The position numbers were made by a program, and so were the translations under genes. From the NCBI GenBank assembly GCA_947593655.1, contig CANQDS010000001.1, positions 3,081 through 67,080 on the forward strand: a stretch of DNA of 64,000 nucleotides, in the 5' to 3' direction. The notes beneath the pieces are model-generated. The model worked only from the letters and a program-made list of their open reading frames with translations, had not been told where the DNA came from and did not search any database. The first letter of the stretch is position 1. Every line of letters starts with the position of its first letter. Below are positions 17,805 to 27,410 of this stretch, piece by piece. Source of the DNA: an uncultured Lachnospiraceae bacterium. Lineage in GTDB: Bacteria > Bacillota > Clostridia > Lachnospirales > Lachnospiraceae.

Positions 17805-19509
17805 AGACTGCCTCCTTTACCAGTTCCCTTTCGATGATCCGGATCTTTCCATCCTCGAAAACGGAATTGATGTATTTCTCGTAAGCGCTGTCGCGTTTCG
17901 GATAATCCATATTTTCCTGAAAAGAATGCCATCTCGTCTCTTTGCGGCTCCGCAGATGCGCGATCAGCGCCTGACAGACGAGCAGACGTTCTTTCAACTC
18001 ATAAACCGACAAGAGCTCATGCATATCCGAAGCGCCGACGTGACCGGAAAGCTCTATTAACTGCGCGATCCGCTCATCCGCCGCCGCAAGCTGTTTTTCA
18101 TTAAATTCATAGTGGCAGCCGATCCCGCCCGCGTAGGCATCCATGACCTTCTGCATGGCTTCTTCCAGTTCTTCCGCGGAAAACGGCGGATCTGCTTCGT
18201 TTCGGATTTTTTCATATTCCGCCAGATATCTGCGCGCCTGCTTACGCAAACGCGCGCCCGCTTCCTGCGAAGCGAACGGTTCTTCCGTTTCCGCCGCGCC
18301 GGCCGGCCGGTAATGTCTGATCATATCAAGCGCCGCGATCTTTCCCTCTGCAAGCGCCCCCGTGACATATTTCTGCGGGCAGCCTCCCGCGGCGTCGCCT
18401 GCGGCATACAGCCCTTTGACGGTCGATTCGCGGTTCGTATTTACCCAGTAGCCGCTTGCGGTATGTCCGCCTACGATGTACGGCTCTGTTCCTTCGATCT
18501 CCACATCGCTTTCCCCTGGTGTTTTCCCGCTTTCCACCCATTTTAAGGTCTGGCCGGGCGCCATATTCAGATACGCTTTTAACAGATCGTCCTCCTGCTC
18601 TTTCGTGATCCCGGACGTCCGCAGATAGCAGGGCCCGTTTCCCAGCAGATTCTCTTTCACGGTTCCGTATACGCGCTCACTCGTGGTCAGCCCGTATTTT
18701 TCTTCATAGACTTCGCCTTTTGCATTAACCTGTTTCGCACCGGCCCCCTGCGCGATCGTCCCGGTCGGAGCGATCGTATCTTTACAGCGGAGCGCAATAA
18801 AGCGCATCTCAAACGTCGTCATTTCCGCGCCCGCACGAAGTCCCATCGCGTAGCCCGCGCCCGTATTAAACGGTGGATACCACATCTTATGGCGGGAAAA
18901 ACCCGGATTGTTCGGTCGATACAGGCCGGAAGCGCCGCCGGTCGCGATCAATACGGTCTGCGCCTCCAGAATATACGCCGTTTCTTCCAGAACGGAAAAT
19001 CCGACGGCTCCGTACACCTTTCCGCCGTCTGTCAGAAGATCCGTGATATTGACATGATTCAGCACGGAAACGCGGTCGGCCTCCTGCAGCGCGGACGCCA
19101 GCAACGGTTTGAAATTCTCTCCGTTGATCTTGATGTTCCGGTTGCCTCTTGCCGCGTAATTGCCGTTTTCGTCCTTTAAGATCACAAGCCCGAGCCTCTC
19201 CATATGGGCCGTGACTTCATTGAAGCGCTCCGCCGCGGTCAAAAGCAGATCGTTCCTTACAATCCCCTCCGCGTCTTTTGCCGCATAATCCACATAATCC
19301 TGCGGCGTCCTCCCCGGAAGGATATAGGCGTTGATCGCGTTGACGCCCGCCGCCAGGCATCCGCTTCTTTTGATATGCGCTTTCTCTGCGACCAGTACCG
19401 ACAGCTGCGACTGCTCACTGAGCGTCAGCGCCGCATAACAGCCCGCCGTGCCGCCGCCAATGATCAGCACATCCGCTTTTTTCGTTTTGATGTCAAGCTC
19501 TTTTCTCAT
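17785..19509 (-). CDS. aprA: adenylylsulfate reductase alpha subunit (FAD flavoprotein, AprA type)
   Basis: DVLIIGGGTAGC, RSGCLAAGVNAIN, WYPPFNTGAGY, RKETRW; sits between hem genes and cysDN. Confidence 0.88.
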   Translation of the reverse strand: MRKELDIKTKKADVLIIGGGTAGCYAALTLSEQSQLSVLVAEKAHIKRSGCLAAGVNAINAYILPGRTPQDYVDYAAKDAEGIVRNDLLLTAAERFNEVTAHMERLGLVILKDENGNYAARGNRNIKINGENFKPLLASALQEADRVSVLNHVNITDLLTDGGKVYGAVGFSVLEETAYILEAQTVLIATGGASGLYRPNNPGFSRHKMWYPPFNTGAGYAMGLRAGAEMTTFEMRFIALRCKDTIAPTGTIAQGAGAKQVNAKGEVYEEKYGLTTSERVYGTVKENLLGNGPCYLRTSGITKEQEDDLLKAYLNMAPGQTLKWVESGKTPGESDVEIEGTEPYIVGGHTASGYWVNTNRESTVKGLYAAGDAAGGCPQKYVTGALAEGKIAALDMIRHYRPAGAAETEEPFASQEAGARLRKQARRYLAEYEKIRNEADPPFSAEELEEAMQKVMDAYAGGIGCHYEFNEKQLAAADERIAQLIELSGHVGASDMHELLSVYELKERLLVCQALIAHLRSRKETRWHSFQENMDYPKRDSAYEKYINSVFEDGKIRIIERELVKEAVYEHKDS

Positions 19510-19525
19510 GGTTCCCTTTCCCTGC

Positions 19526-20800
19526 TCATCTCGGCATATTTTCAATCACCCGGCATGTCTCTGCCAGTTCCGCTTCCCCGTGCGCATACGAGAGAAACGC
19601 CGCCTCATACTGGGACGGAGCCAGATAGATCCCGTGCTCCAGCATATATTGAAAATACACGGCATACTGTCCGGCATCCGACCGCATGACCGACGCATGA
19701 TCCGTTACCGGATGTTCCGTAAAAAAGACGCTCATCAGCGAACCGGCCCGGTTGACCTGCACGCGGTTTCCAAAGGTGCGCCGCACGGACTCCGCAATCC
19801 GCTGCGCCGCCGCATCGATCGCCGGATAGATCGCTCTTCCTTCTTCTTCTAAAATACGAAGCGTCTCGATCCCGGCCGTTACGGCAACCGGATTCCCCGA
19901 AAGCGTTCCCGCCTGATAGACGCCGCCTGACGGCGCAACGAGATCCATGCACTCTTTTTTCCCGCCATAAGCCGCTAACGGCATTCCTCCGCCGACGATC
20001 TTGCCAAGTGTCGTCAGATCCGGCATTACCCCGTAAGATTCCTGCGCTCCGCCAAGCCCTAACCGAAAACCGGTAATGACTTCATCAAAGATCAGAAGCG
20101 CCCCGTACCGGTCCGCCAGTTCCCGCAGCTTCTGCAGAAACCCGTCCTCCGGCGGCACGACGCCCATATTCGCAGCGACCGGTTCTGCAAGGATCGCGGC
20201 GATCTCATCCGGATATTCCCCGAACAAGGCTTCCACGGAGGCCGCATCGTTGTATTCCGCGACAAGCGTATGCTTCGCGTAATCCGCCGGAACGCCCAGG
20301 CTGTCCGGCATCGACTGCGTGAGCACTCCGGAGCCTGCTTTTACCAGAAGGCCGTCCGAATGCCCGTGATAACAGCCGCGGAATTTGATGATCTTATCCC
20401 GCCCCGTGTAAGCCCTCGCCACGCGGACGGCGCTCATGACCGCCTCCGTTCCGGAATTAACGAGACGCACTTTCTCCACGGACGGCACCAGTTCGATGAT
20501 CAGCTCCGCCAGAACCGCCTCTTTTTCCGTTGGAGCGCCAAAGGTCAGCCCCTGTTCACAGGCGCGCTTTACAGCCTCCACTACTCTTTCGTCCGCGTGC
20601 CCCAGGATTCCGGGACCCCACGAACATACATAATCGATGTATCGATTGCCGTCCGCGTCATAAAGATAGGCGCCTTTTGCCGATTCGATAAACACCGGAT
20701 TGCGGTTTACCGCGCCAAATGCCCGTACCGGGCTGTTGACTCCGCCCGGCATCAGCCGTTTGGAGCGTTCAAACAATTCGTCCGATTTTTTGTGTTCCAT
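19526..20800 (-). CDS. hemL: glutamate-1-semialdehyde 2,1-aminomutase
   Basis: MPGGVNSPVRAF, NSGTEA, FDEVITGFR, TLGKIVGGGMP, YQAGTLSGNP. Confidence 0.97.
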   Translation of the reverse strand: MEHKKSDELFERSKRLMPGGVNSPVRAFGAVNRNPVFIESAKGAYLYDADGNRYIDYVCSWGPGILGHADERVVEAVKRACEQGLTFGAPTEKEAVLAELIIELVPSVEKVRLVNSGTEAVMSAVRVARAYTGRDKIIKFRGCYHGHSDGLLVKAGSGVLTQSMPDSLGVPADYAKHTLVAEYNDAASVEALFGEYPDEIAAILAEPVAANMGVVPPEDGFLQKLRELADRYGALLIFDEVITGFRLGLGGAQESYGVMPDLTTLGKIVGGGMPLAAYGGKKECMDLVAPSGGVYQAGTLSGNPVAVTAGIETLRILEEEGRAIYPAIDAAAQRIAESVRRTFGNRVQVNRAGSLMSVFFTEHPVTDHASVMRSDAGQYAVYFQYMLEHGIYLAPSQYEAAFLSYAHGEAELAETCRVIENMPR

Positions 20801-20806
20801 TTTCCG

Positions 20807-21775
20807 TCATTCCTCTTCCGCCAGCCATTTCGCCGCATCCAGCGCATGGTAGGTAATAATGATCTTTGCGCCCGCACGTTTGATCGCCGTTAAGTTTTCC
20901 ATTACGATCCGCTTTTCGTCAATCCAGCCGTTTGCGGCGGCGGCCTTCACCATAGCGTACTCGCCGCTGACATTGTATGCGGCCAGCGGGCAGCAGGTCC
21001 GGTCGGAAACTTCCCGGACGATATCCAGATAGGCAAGCGCGGGTTTTACCATGATGATATCCGCACCTTCCTCGATGTCCGTCTCGCACTCCCGCAGCGC
21101 TTCCCTCCGGTTGGCCGGATCCATCTGATAAGTTCTCCTGTCCCCGAATGAAGGTGCGGAATGCGCCGCATCCCGGAACGGCGAATAGTAGCCGGACGCA
21201 AATTTGGCGCTGTAAGCCATGATCATGGTATCGGAAAAACCGTTTTCATCCAGAACATCCCGCAGATAGCGCACCCGGCCGTCCATCATATCCGATGGAG
21301 CGATGATATCGGCTCCGGCTTTTGCCATAGAAAGTGCCATCTTTCCCAGCGGCACCAGTGTTTCGTCGTTTAAGATCTTATGTCCCCGGAGCAGGCCGCA
21401 ATGGCCGTGTGATGTATATTCGCACAGGCACACGTCCGCGATCACCAGAAGCTCCGGCAGTTTGGCCTTGATCCGCCGGATCGCCGTCTGCACGACGCCC
21501 GCGTCATTCCAGGCTCCGCTTCCGTTTTCATCCTTCTCTTTCGGGATCCCGAACAGCAGAACCGCCGGAATGCCCGCATCCGCCACGCGGTCGAGTTCCT
21601 CGTCCATCCGGTCAACGGAATACTGATAGATTCCCGGCATGGAATCCACCGGATTCTTAATATCCTCTCCCTCGATCAGAAACATCGGGTAAACCAGATC
21701 GGTTCTGCTGACCGCTGTTTCACGAACAAGGCTTCTTACCGCTTCATTGGCGCGCAGCCTTCTCATCCGTACCAT
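20807..21775 (-). CDS. hemB: porphobilinogen synthase
   Basis: DVCLCEYTSHGHCG, APSDMMDGR, MVKPALAYLD, AYNVSGEY. Confidence 0.97.
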   Translation of the reverse strand: MVRMRRLRANEAVRSLVRETAVSRTDLVYPMFLIEGEDIKNPVDSMPGIYQYSVDRMDEELDRVADAGIPAVLLFGIPKEKDENGSGAWNDAGVVQTAIRRIKAKLPELLVIADVCLCEYTSHGHCGLLRGHKILNDETLVPLGKMALSMAKAGADIIAPSDMMDGRVRYLRDVLDENGFSDTMIMAYSAKFASGYYSPFRDAAHSAPSFGDRRTYQMDPANRREALRECETDIEEGADIIMVKPALAYLDIVREVSDRTCCPLAAYNVSGEYAMVKAAAANGWIDEKRIVMENLTAIKRAGAKIIITYHALDAAKWLAEEE

Positions 21776-21780
21776 TGTCC

Positions 21781-23259
21781 TCACTCCTGTTTTTCATTCT
21801 CTAAAATAATTTCCGCCAGCCCCGCAGCCGTCGGTATCCGGGCGGTCAGATCCGCCCGCCGCCCTTCTTTCCGGAGGCGCTGCGCCGTCGCTTCCCCGAT
21901 GCAGACCAGTTTCGCCTTCTGCGGAAGGCGGATGTTCTTTTGGTCCGTCTCACGGAAAAAATCCCTCACTCCGGAAGCGCTTGCAAAGACCAGATAATCC
22001 AGATCTTCGATCTCTGCGCCGGTTTTCCCGGTCAGAACGCCTTTTACTTCATAAACCGGAAGGTCGGTATAAGTTATGCCGTGGCGGCGGAAAATGCCGG
22101 TCAGTCCGGCGCTTCCTCCTCCGGCTCTCGGGATCAGAACCCTTTCTTTCTTCCGCACAACGACGGAAAATTCCTCTGCAAAGGTTTCCGTTGTATATCC
22201 GGACGGAAGAAAGTCTGCGTAAAATCCGTATTCCGCCAGCTTTTCCGCGGTTCCGCTCCCGAGCGCCGCAAATTTCAAATGCGCCAGCCTGCGCAGATCG
22301 ATCCGCGCATCCCTTACCGCTTCAAAGAATACCGAAACGCCGTTTGCACTCGTAAAGGCCACCCATTGATAACGCTCCAGTTCCGCCAGTTTTCGGTACA
22401 GTCCGCTCTTCTCCGCATCGGCGCATACTTCCATCCGGCAGAGCCAGACCGGCTGGATTCCTTCTGCTTCCAGTTCCGCCGCAAGTTTCCGGTAGAAGTG
22501 CGGTGTGGCCGTTATCCCTGCCCGGCGCCGTTTCTTTCCGTCTAAGAAGCAATATCCCGCCGTTTTGCCTACGGCGATCACCGCCGGAGCCTGCATCTTC
22601 TGTTCCCGCGCTTTCGGCGCGATATCCGCAAGCGTTCCGCGCAGGATCCGCTGGCGCGGCGTCGTTCCTTCCGAAATCACGGCGGCATCGGTCTGCGGAT
22701 CCATCCCCGCCGCAAGCAGGCCGCCCGCGATCTCTTTCAGATGCCCCGCTCCCATTAAAAAAATGAGCGTTCCGCCCATCTGCACAAGCGCGGAATAATC
22801 ACAGACCGGACCGCCCCGGCTGGAGTGTCCGGCGATCACATGGAAACTCCGGCTGACATTCCTGTGCGTAACCGGGATCCCCGCGCACTCTAAGACCGCT
22901 ACCGCAGACGTTACGCCGGGCACGATCTCAAAATCAATCCCGTGCTCCGCCAGCACTTCGGCTTCCTCGCCGCCCCGGCCGAACACAAACGGATCGCCGC
23001 CTTTCAGCCGCACCACTTCGCGGTACGTTCCGGCGCATTCTAAAAGAACCGCGTTGATCTCCTCCTGCGTCTTTGTGTGGCAGCCCGCCTGTTTTCCGGC
23101 GTAGATCTTCCGGCAGTCCGTTTTCGTCTGCATCAGAAGTTCCTGCGGAACCAGCCGGTCATAAACCAGCGCGTCGCAGCGCCGGATCAGTTCCAGCCCC
23201 CGGACGGTGACATAACCGGGATCTCCGGGGCCCGCGCCCACAAGATATACTTTTCCCAT
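21781..23259 (-). CDS. cobA: uroporphyrinogen-III C-methyltransferase / uroporphyrinogen-III synthase fusion (CobA-HemD)
   Basis: VYLVGAGPGDP, VRLKGGDPFVFGRGGEE; C-terminal FTSANGV and FASASGV HemD motifs. Confidence 0.92.
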   Translation of the reverse strand: MGKVYLVGAGPGDPGYVTVRGLELIRRCDALVYDRLVPQELLMQTKTDCRKIYAGKQAGCHTKTQEEINAVLLECAGTYREVVRLKGGDPFVFGRGGEEAEVLAEHGIDFEIVPGVTSAVAVLECAGIPVTHRNVSRSFHVIAGHSSRGGPVCDYSALVQMGGTLIFLMGAGHLKEIAGGLLAAGMDPQTDAAVISEGTTPRQRILRGTLADIAPKAREQKMQAPAVIAVGKTAGYCFLDGKKRRRAGITATPHFYRKLAAELEAEGIQPVWLCRMEVCADAEKSGLYRKLAELERYQWVAFTSANGVSVFFEAVRDARIDLRRLAHLKFAALGSGTAEKLAEYGFYADFLPSGYTTETFAEEFSVVVRKKERVLIPRAGGGSAGLTGIFRRHGITYTDLPVYEVKGVLTGKTGAEIEDLDYLVFASASGVRDFFRETDQKNIRLPQKAKLVCIGEATAQRLRKEGRRADLTARIPTAAGLAEIILENEKQE

Positions 23260-23303
23260 CTGCTGCCGCCTCTCTTTCGCAAAGATTTTCCGCAAAACGC
23301 ACG

Positions 23304-24206
23304 TTATAACGATCCCGCCAGCTGCCCGGCCAGCCCCAGCGCCTGTGCCCGGTGATCTTCCTCATGATTCCAGAAAACCGTTTCATCCGCGCACCGGGGC
23401 GCGCCTTCCGCTTCCATGCAGATCCTAAGACGCATCTTTTGGCTGTCCGCCTCGGCAAAGACGCCGATCGCCGCATGGCAGCCCGCCTGAAGGATCTGCA
23501 GCACCCTGCGCTCCGCGGCCAGTTCCAGAGAGGCGCGCCAGTCAGAGACCGCTCCGGCGAGTGCCGATGCGCTGCTTCCTGTTTTGCCTTCGATCGCAAT
23601 GATTCCCTGTCCGCCCGCGCTCAGCATCTCCTCCTCGGTAAAATAACGGTACCAAAATCCGCTCTCCTGCTCCATTCCCAGCCGCTTCAGCCCCGCCGCC
23701 GCTAAGATCACGCCGTCGCAGACTCCGCTTTTCAGCTTCTGCAGCCGGGTGGGTACATTCCCCCGAAGCTCCAGAAACGACGCGTCCGGCAGAAGCGCTT
23801 TCATCTGGAACCGGCGCCGCGGGCTTCCGGTTCCGATCAGCGGATGCTCCAATTCCTCCAGACAAACGCCGCTTCTTGTCACCAGCACGTCCCGCGCATC
23901 CTGCCGCGGCAGAACCCCGGCAATCACAAAACGCTCATCGTCTTCCACCGGCAGATCTTTCGCGCTGTGCACGGCAAGATCGATCTCTCCGGCCAGCAGC
24001 GCCTCCTCGATTTCCGCGATAAAAGCTCCCTTTCCGCCAAACTCGCGCAGCGGCAGATCCGGCATCCGGTCTCCTTTCGTGCGGATAACGACGGTTTCGA
24101 TCTTAAGTTCGGGATGGTGCTTTTTTAATTCCCGCGCCGCAAGTTTCGTCTGTATCTGCGCTAAGGCGCTCCCTCTTGTTCCGATCCTGATCTTCATTTC
24201 TTCCAT
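23304..24206 (-). CDS. hemC: hydroxymethylbilane synthase
   Basis: IGTRGSALA, GGKGAF, DLAVHSAKD, LRGNVPTRL. Confidence 0.96.
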   Translation of the reverse strand: MEEMKIRIGTRGSALAQIQTKLAARELKKHHPELKIETVVIRTKGDRMPDLPLREFGGKGAFIAEIEEALLAGEIDLAVHSAKDLPVEDDERFVIAGVLPRQDARDVLVTRSGVCLEELEHPLIGTGSPRRRFQMKALLPDASFLELRGNVPTRLQKLKSGVCDGVILAAAGLKRLGMEQESGFWYRYFTEEEMLSAGGQGIIAIEGKTGSSASALAGAVSDWRASLELAAERRVLQILQAGCHAAIGVFAEADSQKMRLRICMEAEGAPRCADETVFWNHEEDHRAQALGLAGQLAGSL

Positions 24207-24873
24207 TTTTATGCTGTCCCGCCTCCGCCTTCCCTTTCTTCATCCGGCTGACCGGATACGAATCCAGCAGCCCGGTAATGACGGTCTGCGGAATCTCTCC
24301 GTTATGTTCCGCTCCATAAGCGATCAAGCGGTAAAACAGTTCTCTGCGATTCTTTTCTTCCGGAATACGCGCCTGAATGTCCTTCCGGCAGTTCCCCAGC
24401 GTCTCCGCAATCCGGGCGAAATACTCCGGAATACACGCATCGATCCTGTCTTTCAGGTAAGACGCCGCCGCCGGGCTTTTTCCTCCGGTCGAAACTGCCG
24501 CCAGAATATCCCCTTTCTGCACGATCGCCGGAAAAATAAAATCGCAGTCCTCTTTCCGGTCTACGGTATTGACCGGGATCTTCCTCTGCCTGCACCACAC
24601 CGCGATCTCATGGTTCTTGCTTCCGCTGTCCGTCGCCGCGATCACAAGATCCGCTCCTTCCAGATCCGCCGGTTCGATCTCTTTTCTGCGGAGGACGATC
24701 TGCGGATGCTTCCGGGATAATTCCCAAAGTTCCGGGAGTATGTCTTTTGCGGTTAGCCAAAGCTCTGCGCCGAAAGGCAGCATCGTTTTGACCTTCCGGC
24801 AGGCCGTTCTGCCGCCGCCCGCGATCAGGCACCGCTTTCCTTCCAGCTCCGCCATAAATGGAAAATAACTCAT
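24103..24873 (-). CDS. sirC: precorrin-2 dehydrogenase/sirohydrochlorin ferrochelatase (SirC/Met8/CysG-B type), with a tail overlapping hemC
   Basis: YFPFM, LIAGGGRTACRK, LVIAATD, VNTVDR, CDFIFPA, AVSTGGKSP. Confidence 0.88.
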   Translation of the reverse strand: MSYFPFMAELEGKRCLIAGGGRTACRKVKTMLPFGAELWLTAKDILPELWELSRKHPQIVLRRKEIEPADLEGADLVIAATDSGSKNHEIAVWCRQRKIPVNTVDRKEDCDFIFPAIVQKGDILAAVSTGGKSPAAASYLKDRIDACIPEYFARIAETLGNCRKDIQARIPEEKNRRELFYRLIAYGAEHNGEIPQTVITGLLDSYPVSRMKKGKAEAGQHKNGRNEDQDRNKRERLSADTDETCGAGIKKAPSRT

Positions 24874-25937
24874 TGCTGCGCACCGCTCTTTTTTAATTTA
24901 TTAAGTCTGCTTTTAAATTCCCATAAATAGAGCTTATTTAAAGTCTCTTCTGTACATTCCTCGATAATATGTTCCGCCTTTTCCTTTTCGGTGAGCCGGA
25001 TGCTGCGGTTTGCTCTTGCAGCGTTCCGGAAAAAGTCGATATCCAGAAATGTAATGCCGGATTCCTTTTGCAGCGTCCGGTCGATGTCGCCCGGCACTGC
25101 CAGATCTACCAGAAGTTTCTGCCCGCCCTCCGGCACTGTGCGGCGATACTCCTGGCCTGTTATGGTTTCCTGCGGGCTGACCGTCGCGCTGACCACCGCA
25201 TCCGCCTGCTGCAGCCACTGATAGCGGTCCGCGAACCGAATCCATCTCATCCGCGCCTGATCTTTGGAAATGTCTGCACCCGCGCGCTCCTTTCTGCTTG
25301 CCCCGATTACCGGGATCCCTTTCGCCAGCAGGTCTTTGGCGACAATGCTGCCGATCTTTCCTGCCGCTCCGATCACAAGCACCGTCCCGTTTTCTTTCGG
25401 GATCCCCTTCACCGACGTCAGATAATGCTCGATCTCGTTTGCGGTCAGCGTTCCGATGGAGAGCGGTGTCGTCGAAAGCGCCGTCTGCGATTTTGCACGC
25501 TTGGCCGCACGGAACGCGGCCTGAAAGACAATATTTAATTCCCCGTCCGCAGAGCCGCACTCCGACGCCATCCGGTAAGCTTCCCGGACCTGATGCAGGA
25601 TCTCATCTTCTCCGAGCACCATAGAATCCAGACCGGCGCACACCAGAAACAAATGCCGGACAGCCGCGCCCCCGCTGCAGCAGAGGCCGTAACGCCGGAG
25701 CTCCTGTTCTTTTACCCGACGGGCCTCGGCAAGCGCCAGCACCGCCCGGCCGAACGCGTCGCTGCTTCCGCTCACATAGATTTCGCACCGGCTGCAGGTC
25801 GAAAGCACGACCGCGCCGGATACTTTTTCTTTCTTATACAGACGCTCCAGAAACGCTTCCTGTTCTTCCGGCAGAAACGCAAACCGTTCCCGCACGGCAA
25901 GCGGAGCTTTCCGGTAGCTTACGCTGATGCAAAACAT
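24870..25937 (-). CDS. hemA: glutamyl-tRNA reductase
   Basis: APLAVRERF, LSTCSRCEIY, GLDSMVLGEDEILHQV, VDLAVPGDI. Confidence 0.92.
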   Translation of the reverse strand: MFCISVSYRKAPLAVRERFAFLPEEQEAFLERLYKKEKVSGAVVLSTCSRCEIYVSGSSDAFGRAVLALAEARRVKEQELRRYGLCCSGGAAVRHLFLVCAGLDSMVLGEDEILHQVREAYRMASECGSADGELNIVFQAAFRAAKRAKSQTALSTTPLSIGTLTANEIEHYLTSVKGIPKENGTVLVIGAAGKIGSIVAKDLLAKGIPVIGASRKERAGADISKDQARMRWIRFADRYQWLQQADAVVSATVSPQETITGQEYRRTVPEGGQKLLVDLAVPGDIDRTLQKESGITFLDIDFFRNAARANRSIRLTEKEKAEHIIEECTEETLNKLYLWEFKSRLNKLKKSGAQQ

Positions 25938-25948
25938 ATTCCGTCATC

Positions 25949-26365
25949 CTATTCCGTGATCTGCAGTTCGTGAACCGTTACCTGTTTCTCCCTGTCAATA
26001 TGAAACGCTTTAAGGACCGGATGGTCCATATCCTGCAGCGACAGGATCAGATAGTCCGCCGCCGGATCATACGCCAGACGCTTATCCTCTTCGGAAGGCC
26101 GCGCCGGAGATTCCGGGTGCGAATGAAAATTTCCGAGCAGAACGAACCCGTTCGCCCGCGCATCCTTGACCGCCGCAAGCTGTTCCTTCGGATCCATGGA
26201 AAAATGCTCCCTGCTCGCATCGACATTCGTAAGGAGATAGACTTTCCGGACGGTCTTATCCTCTCCGTCCGCTTCTCCTGCAAGCAGCCCGCACGCTTCG
26301 TTCGGCAGTCCCCTGATACAGTGCTTTAGAATCGTCCGGTACTGTTCTTCCTTCATTTTCAGCAT
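25949..26365 (-). CDS. JAMM/MPN (Mov34) metalloprotease, sulfur-carrier maturase (HcyD/Mec-like)
   Basis: PNEACGLL and HSHPESPARPSEED match the E...HSHx7Sx2D JAMM motif. Confidence 0.93.
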   Translation of the reverse strand: MLKMKEEQYRTILKHCIRGLPNEACGLLAGEADGEDKTVRKVYLLTNVDASREHFSMDPKEQLAAVKDARANGFVLLGNFHSHPESPARPSEEDKRLAYDPAADYLILSLQDMDHPVLKAFHIDREKQVTVHELQITE

Positions 26366-26376
26366 ACTTGATCCCT

Positions 26377-27189
26377 CTATTCCTGTTTCTTAAGATCGCA
26401 CTCCGCCTGCTCATAATCGATCAGCTCCGTAATTTCCGGATGTTCGCCGCAGACGGCGCAGTTTTTATCCACCGGAAGCTTCACCGTCCGAAACTGCATC
26501 TTTAACGCGTCATAGGTCAAAAGCCGTCCGGTCAGAAGTTCTCCCTGACCGATGATGTATTTGACCGCCTCCATTGCCTGAAGGCTTCCGATCACGCCGC
26601 CCATCGCGCCGATCACGCCCGCCTGTTTACAGGTCGGAACGGCATCTTTCGGCGGCGGATTCTTAAATACGCACCGGTAGCACGGCCCCTCCCCCGGCAC
26701 ATAGGTCATCAGCTGCCCCTGAAACCGGATGATCCCCGCATGGGAAAACGGCTTCTTCGCCATTACGCAGGCATCATTGATCAAGAACTTTGCCGGAAAA
26801 TTGTCTGTGCCGTCCAGAATAAAATCATAATCCGCGATCAGTTCCATGATATTGGCCGATGTGACAAACGTCCGGTAGGTTTTGACCGTTACGTCCGGAT
26901 TAATGGCGGTCATCGTCTCCGCCGCCGACTTTACCTTAGCCTTTCCGATATCGTTCGTGCTGTGGATGATCTGCCTCTGCAGATTGGACAGATCCACTTC
27001 ATCCGCGTCCGCAATCCCGATCGTGCCGACGCCCGCCGCAGCCAGATACATGGCGGCCGGCGCTCCTAAGCCGCCCGCGCCGATGATCAGCACTTTGGCA
27101 TTCAGCAGCTTTTTCTGTCCCTTTACCCCGACCTCTTTTAAGATAATATGGCGGGAATACCGTTCTAACTGTTCGTTGGTAAATGCCAT
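26377..27189 (-). CDS. ThiF/MoeB-family E1-like adenylyltransferase (HcyF-like)
   Basis: RYSRHI, GAGGLG, SNLQRQI, CYRC...CAVC zinc pairs, PTCKQAG. Confidence 0.93.
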   Translation of the reverse strand: MAFTNEQLERYSRHIILKEVGVKGQKKLLNAKVLIIGAGGLGAPAAMYLAAAGVGTIGIADADEVDLSNLQRQIIHSTNDIGKAKVKSAAETMTAINPDVTVKTYRTFVTSANIMELIADYDFILDGTDNFPAKFLINDACVMAKKPFSHAGIIRFQGQLMTYVPGEGPCYRCVFKNPPPKDAVPTCKQAGVIGAMGGVIGSLQAMEAVKYIIGQGELLTGRLLTYDALKMQFRTVKLPVDKNCAVCGEHPEITELIDYEQAECDLKKQE

Positions 27190-27398
27190 CCGGCTGCGCC
27201 TCCTCCCATGAAATATAAAAATTCCACGACATCGCCGTCTTTTAACACGGTGGTGTCAAAATCTTCTCTCTTCACAAACTCGTCGTTGATCGTTACCGTT
27301 ACATACTCCGGGCTTTCCACGTCTTCTTTTTCCAGTAAAACCGGAAGTTTCAGCCCGTCCTCATATTCTTTTTTGTTTCCTGCTACTGTGATCGTCAT
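27165..27398 (-). CDS. ThiS/MoaD-family ubiquitin-like sulfur carrier with masked di-glycine (HcyS-like)
   Basis: LKDGDVVEFLYFMGGG followed by AAGWHLPTNS; AAGGAGG RBS at 27404-27410. Confidence 0.9.
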   Translation of the reverse strand: MTITVAGNKKEYEDGLKLPVLLEKEDVESPEYVTVTINDEFVKREDFDTTVLKDGDVVEFLYFMGGGAAGWHLPTNS

Positions 27399-27410
27399 AA
27401 CTGCCTCCTT

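Noticed and set aside
17493-19509. Dissimilatory sulfate respiration
   Set aside because: GTP-dependent CysDN, an ABC importer and cysK/metY indicate assimilation; no sat, qmo or dsrAB in the window
23749-24720. Long plus-strand ORFs (also 33726-34508, 57363-58253, 58754-59572, 12207-12851)
   Set aside because: Antisense shadows of well-supported GC-rich genes, with no recognisable motifs
25949-27398. CBASS/Bil-type ubiquitin-like anti-phage system (E1 + JAB + Ubl)
   Set aside because: No CD-NTase, E2 or effector; the context is entirely sulfur assimilation
26377-27398. thiS/thiF thiamine or moaD/moeB molybdopterin genes
   Set aside because: No thiG/thiH or moaE nearby; masked GG plus JAMM and MetY fit an HcyS-type carrier, so gene symbols were withheld
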